From Perkinsus olseni (lineage: Eukaryota), in contig JABANN010000341.1 in NCBI GenBank assembly GCA_013115125.1, positions 1 to 37,393 of the forward strand: a stretch of 37,393 nt of DNA. Reading direction: 5' to 3'. Shown piece by piece: positions 33,498-37,393 of this stretch (the stretch's first letter is position 1; every line of letters begins with the position of its first letter). The notes under the pieces are model-generated. The model saw only the letters and a program-made list of their open reading frames with translations, did not search any database and had not been told where the DNA came from. The translations under genes were made by a program, and so were the position numbers.

Positions 33498-34656
33498 TTA
33501 GCCCCCTTTCGGCTCAGCTTCCGGCCGCTTCTGGCTCACTCCGACTGCTGCTCTGCCGAATGCGAGCTGGAGCGTCTCCAGCATCGTGCCGTGTAAAGAC
33601 TTCATCCAGTCCTGCTGTTGTTCCAGCATCTTGGCAAATTGTGTCTGTTGGCGCTCCAGCATCTCCTGAAAACACACACAAAGCACAGCACTTCTCTCCC
33701 CTTTCGTTGTGCAGTCACCTTACCTGCTGCTTCTCTTGAAAGGCCAACAAGGCCATATGGGTGGTATGGGACATTTGCAAGGCAGTCGCTATGGTATCAC
33801 CATCTTGTCTCTTCTCCGGCCCTCCCTCAACCACCGGCCGAGTCTCGCCTTCTACCCGAGCCTTCTTCCTCGGACTCATCACACTTCGCCCTCGGGAATC
33901 AACTTCCTTTGTGTCAACCGAATCAGCGACCACTCTGTCTTCATCAGGAGCCGCCCGTTTCACACCGCCCCTCGACTGCCTTCTCTTGGGCGAGAAGTCA
34001 GTAACCGTAGTACTAGAACCACTACTACCTGAGCCAGTCGCCCCTCTGAACTCCGGCATGTTCTGCACCGCATGAGCAGCAGCCATCACAGCCGGGTCAC
34101 AGGCAGACTCCATGATCCCTCGTATGCAGCTCTCCGTGGTGTCGATCGGTGAAGCGGGCGCCGGCAGCATCGGCAGCTCGGGGCCCTTGTCATCCTCACC
34201 ATCAAAGACCAGCCACGTTACGCTGCCGTCCACGCAACGAGGGTATGCCTTAACGACGTCCTGGATGCTCCAATCGGTAGGAAGATTCTCACCGTCACTC
34301 ACTGTCGGAGGCAAATGCAGCCTTAAACCCTGTGACACGATCCGGTGATCGGCACCAACATGCGAGCGCCATCGAGCCAGCACGCGTTCCACTATCGATT
34401 TTACAGTGGTCTGTGGTGTCATCCTCAACTGCAGTTTGAAATTGATATCAGCTAGCCTCAGGAGCTGCTCCATTATGTGACTCCGTGGGGTCAGCCGCAA
34501 TGTTACAACATCGGTCGTGAGAGGCGCTGGAAGGGCAGGGTCCGAGGGCGCAGCTGTCGAACAACATGACGATGATGATGACGATGGCTGTGCCGAAGAG
34601 CCTTCAGACACCTTGCTGTTGGCTTTCTTCCTGGAAGCCTTACGAGTTCTAAGCAT
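33498..34656 (-). CDS. Protein with a Cramped/TKI1-like conserved domain and C-terminal Q-rich coiled coil, 2 exons
   Basis: VTLRLTPRSHIMEQLLRLADINFKLQLRMTPQTTVKSIVERVLARW resembles, from memory, the conserved block of animal CRAMP1 and plant TKI1. Short GTAAG...TTCAG intron near 33670-33723. Confidence 0.6.
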
Positions 34657-34840
34657 AGTACAAACAAGTCAACACTAAACAGAAGTGAAGGTCAGCATCG
34701 GTCCCAGCCCTCAGCTACCTCTCTGCTACTCAACTCAAAGCGAGAGGTACGTAACGTACAGGATATCGTGGATAGAAACAGTGTTACTGTGGTAAGTTAT
34801 ACGTTGGACGCGGCGACCGAAACGGCCATCAAGGGAACCT

Positions 34841-36518
34841 TCAGTGCTTGCCACCAGCCTTCTTGATCGGCTTCTTAACGCCCTTTCCTTTCCCCTTTCC
34901 TCTTCCCTTTCCTTTGCCCATGGGGGAGTGCTTCGAGGCCTTGAAGGAAGACACATCACGGCAGCTATCAGCCGAATTGTTCTTCAACGCTCGCTTCGGA
35001 CCGCCATGACCGTACCTGTTGGCCACCTTCAGTACTCGAACGCAGAGAGCTCTCTCCCCTACTTTTTATCCTTAGCAAGGCGTTTCTTGTTCGTCTTCCC
35101 TTTGCCTCCTTTACCGCCCTTACCGCCCTTGCCGCCTTTACCACCCTTCCCGTGGCCTGCGGTGTCAGCGCCACCTGCCTGCTGATTGCCCTTCTTGGAG
35201 ACCTTCTCAAGAGTCTTCTCAACGCTAGCAGACTCATCTAATACGAACACCACGGAGTAAACGGCAACACCACTCCTAGCTCACCACTGCCCTATGTACT
35301 CTAGAATCAATTCACAGCTTCGCAGGACTGTAAGCATTATGACTGCACCAGTATTGCCTTGGGCAGCATGTACGACTGTAACTTTTATATCAGCGCTATC
35401 CCCTCGGGTACTCAGTAAGAGCACTTCTGTAACAGTCGTAATGTTATCTTACTGTGTATGTACGACTGTTACCACTGCGTCAGTGCTGTCCTCTCCAGAC
35501 AGGTAAGAGTGTTACCACTGTATCAATACTACCCCGGGAAAAAAGCAGAAAAATTACCGCTGAAGCATCTCTATAGTACCAATTACTATTAGTACAGTCA
35601 TTGCCAATGATAATGAGGCTTTTACAACCCCCATAGACTATGGGCCATAGTACCTTCTCCCTTGGATTCCTTCCATTTCTCAATCTCAGCCAAGTTCTCC
35701 CGCTTCTGAGCAGCACGAGCCTGAGCTGCCGCTACCTGCATCTTCTTCCCGAACCTGAAGGCACCATGCAGCAAGAGACATTCCAGTCTCCACAGGCAAG
35801 CCAACCACAAGGATAAAAATCATCACTGCGCAAGGCAGATACACGCACATCACGAAATAGTCGACCACTGAGTTCATCAGTCACCCAGACCGTCAGCTGG
35901 AGGCTGCCAAGGATTGCCCACGGGGAAGTCCGGCTCACTTCTTCTCAGCCTGTCTACGCTTCCTTTCCTCCACTATCTCTATGCGCTTCTGCTGATCAGC
36001 AAGGTTCTCTCGGATCTGACAGAAGCAGAGCCCAAGGGCCCCACATCAGTCAGGCACAGCGGGGTGGTGAGCTCAACACACCTTGCCCATCTGCTGATCC
36101 GTCTTAAGCATCTCAGCGTAGAAGTCATCAGGACGGTTGGCCTCGATCCCCATGGCCGCGAACCTCCGGAAAGCCTCCGTCACACTCTCTTGAGCCTGAC
36201 TGTACCTACGCCGTTTTTGATTGCAAAACGCGTATGGGGCATCGGAATCTTTCCCATTACATCGCCTTCTCGATCTCAACTCGGTCGTCCGGCTTGAAGC
36301 CCTTCTCCGAGATGGGTTCCTGTGTGCTGGTAAGAGCCAGAGTCTCGATCCAGGGCACTCGAGTGAGGCCCTGGGGCACTCCATAGCTGATCGACTTCAA
36401 TGCCGCGTTGAGCTGAGGAGGGACCGCCTCAGTTGTGCCCCTGCATCCCTTCATCGCCCATTACTACCTTCTCGACGTCACACTCGGTTTTCTGTAGCAG
36501 CTCTGATGCTTCTGACAT
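34841..36518 (-). CDS. EBP2: rRNA-processing protein EBP2
   Basis: VPWIETL, EIEKAM|YSQAQESV, RPDDFYAEMLKTDQQMGK|IR, KK|FGKKMQV, KRLAKDKK|YGHGGPKRALKNNSADS. Confidence 0.93.
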
Positions 36519-36796
36519 AACGATGGTGGGAGGCAACGGAGAAGATGGAGCTGGAGAGAGAAAAGTGTGATCACGGCAGAGGTCCCGGCGAAGGCCACTC
36601 TAGGTTACAAATGCCGAAAAATACAGAGTCGGCGAGCGGGCGACGGTTCTGTTGCTGATACGTCAGGGAAACTCGCACTGGGATCGTTGCACGATAACTT
36701 GGACGATTATTATTGAGCGAGACTTCCCAGTAGGGCGTCGTTTTTGCACGCGTAAAAACGCAAAGAGCGCGCAGGGCGCCCGGGGCGCGCGGCAAG

Positions 36797-37060
36797 AAGG
36801 GGGCTCGTGTCGGGTAATTCCCAAAATCCAAGGAAGCAGGGATCGGCATAACCTGAGTAACAGTTCGGGTTCCTGGTTGACATGGGTAGCAGTTCCGGGA
36901 CCGGGTTGCCCTGTGTGTTGCCGTTCGGGGGGGGGTGGTTCGAGTTTTCCGTTTCTGCCTTCACCGGGTGAAGTTCACCCGCAATTCAGGGCATTTCGGT
37001 TGCCCTTGCCTCCCTGTCGCACGAGCTTCCTTGGATTTTATACCTTTTCCTTGGGTTTTG
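36797..37060 (+). other. Highly structured non-coding element upstream of and divergent from EBP2 (putative 5'-UTR intron or ncRNA)
   Basis: Perfect 15-bp IR 36823-36837/37025-37039 enclosing several hairpins. GTAATT donor-like site at 36814. Pyrimidine tract and TACAG downstream (about 37107). Confidence 0.55.
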
Positions 37061-37275
37061 TACTTCATTCCAATTGGGCGCGTGAAGCGTGGATTAGTTA
37101 GTTACAGTTACCGTTTCAATGAACTGATTCTGTGGCTTGAGGTCGGTCACGGCCTGGGACTCCTGGGGTCAAAGCTAGCGTACGGTCAGATATCATGTTG
37201 GGGCGCTAATAACCTATTTGACCGTTGACAATCACTACCAACACGGCTCCATCCGAACGAGTCCCTCGGTGGCAG

Positions 37276-37325
37276 TAACACTGCGGCTCATCACCTGTTA
37301 CTGTAACAGGTGATGAGCTGTGTTA
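37276..37325. repeat. Near-perfect palindrome / long hairpin
   Basis: GCTCATCACCTGTTA-CTG-TAACAGGTGATGAGC (37286-37318, 15-bp perfect arms), extended by TAACAC/GTGTTA. Confidence 0.9.
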
Positions 37326-37393
37326 TGGAAAGATGCTGAAGTGCGCAAGATCTGATGATAGCTGTTGTCTTCCTATCGATCGCACGATCTGTT

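Noticed and set aside
17968-35439. Shared 11-mer GTAACAGTCGT in DDX27 and EBP2 introns as a common regulatory motif
   Set aside because: Many 11-mer matches are expected by chance within 37 kb.
36820-36990. SRP helix 8 (GGAAGCAG) or cobalamin/TPP riboswitch identity for the structured element
   Set aside because: Only short word similarities. The required flanking consensus and helix arrangement are absent.
1-37393. CRISPR array, prophage, rRNA or intact transposase
   Set aside because: No regularly spaced repeats or such coding or RNA motifs seen. The window is intron-rich eukaryotic DNA.

Overview
Eukaryotic, gene-dense DNA with many short (mostly about 40-65 nt) GT-AG introns, intergenic gaps of about 100-300 nt and long same-strand gene runs. 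The style suggests a Perkinsus-like alveolate, which is my inference. The supplied ORF track fragments the genes, so I assembled exons by hand. Recognisable genes: two tandem TM+RING-H2 E3 ligases, RPB5, RPC4, acireductone dioxygenase, a secreted two-domain Cys-rich protein, a Zn-dependent MDR dehydrogenase, a Vti1-like Qb-SNARE, DRS1/DDX27, an intronless 3xCCCH protein, a CTFxP-repeat protein, organellar PheRS, legumain, a Cramped/TKI1-domain protein and EBP2, plus several hypothetical genes. The most notable unexplained signal is that the long introns (150-420 nt) and the region at 36.8-37.3 kb carry fold-back stems, with G-U pairs favouring the transcribed strand; one of these may switch between two folds. 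Other highlights are a SNARE ending in CaaX instead of a TM anchor and a signal-peptide-like extension on the organellar PheRS. All exon boundaries are manual predictions, and no database searches or folding computations were run.
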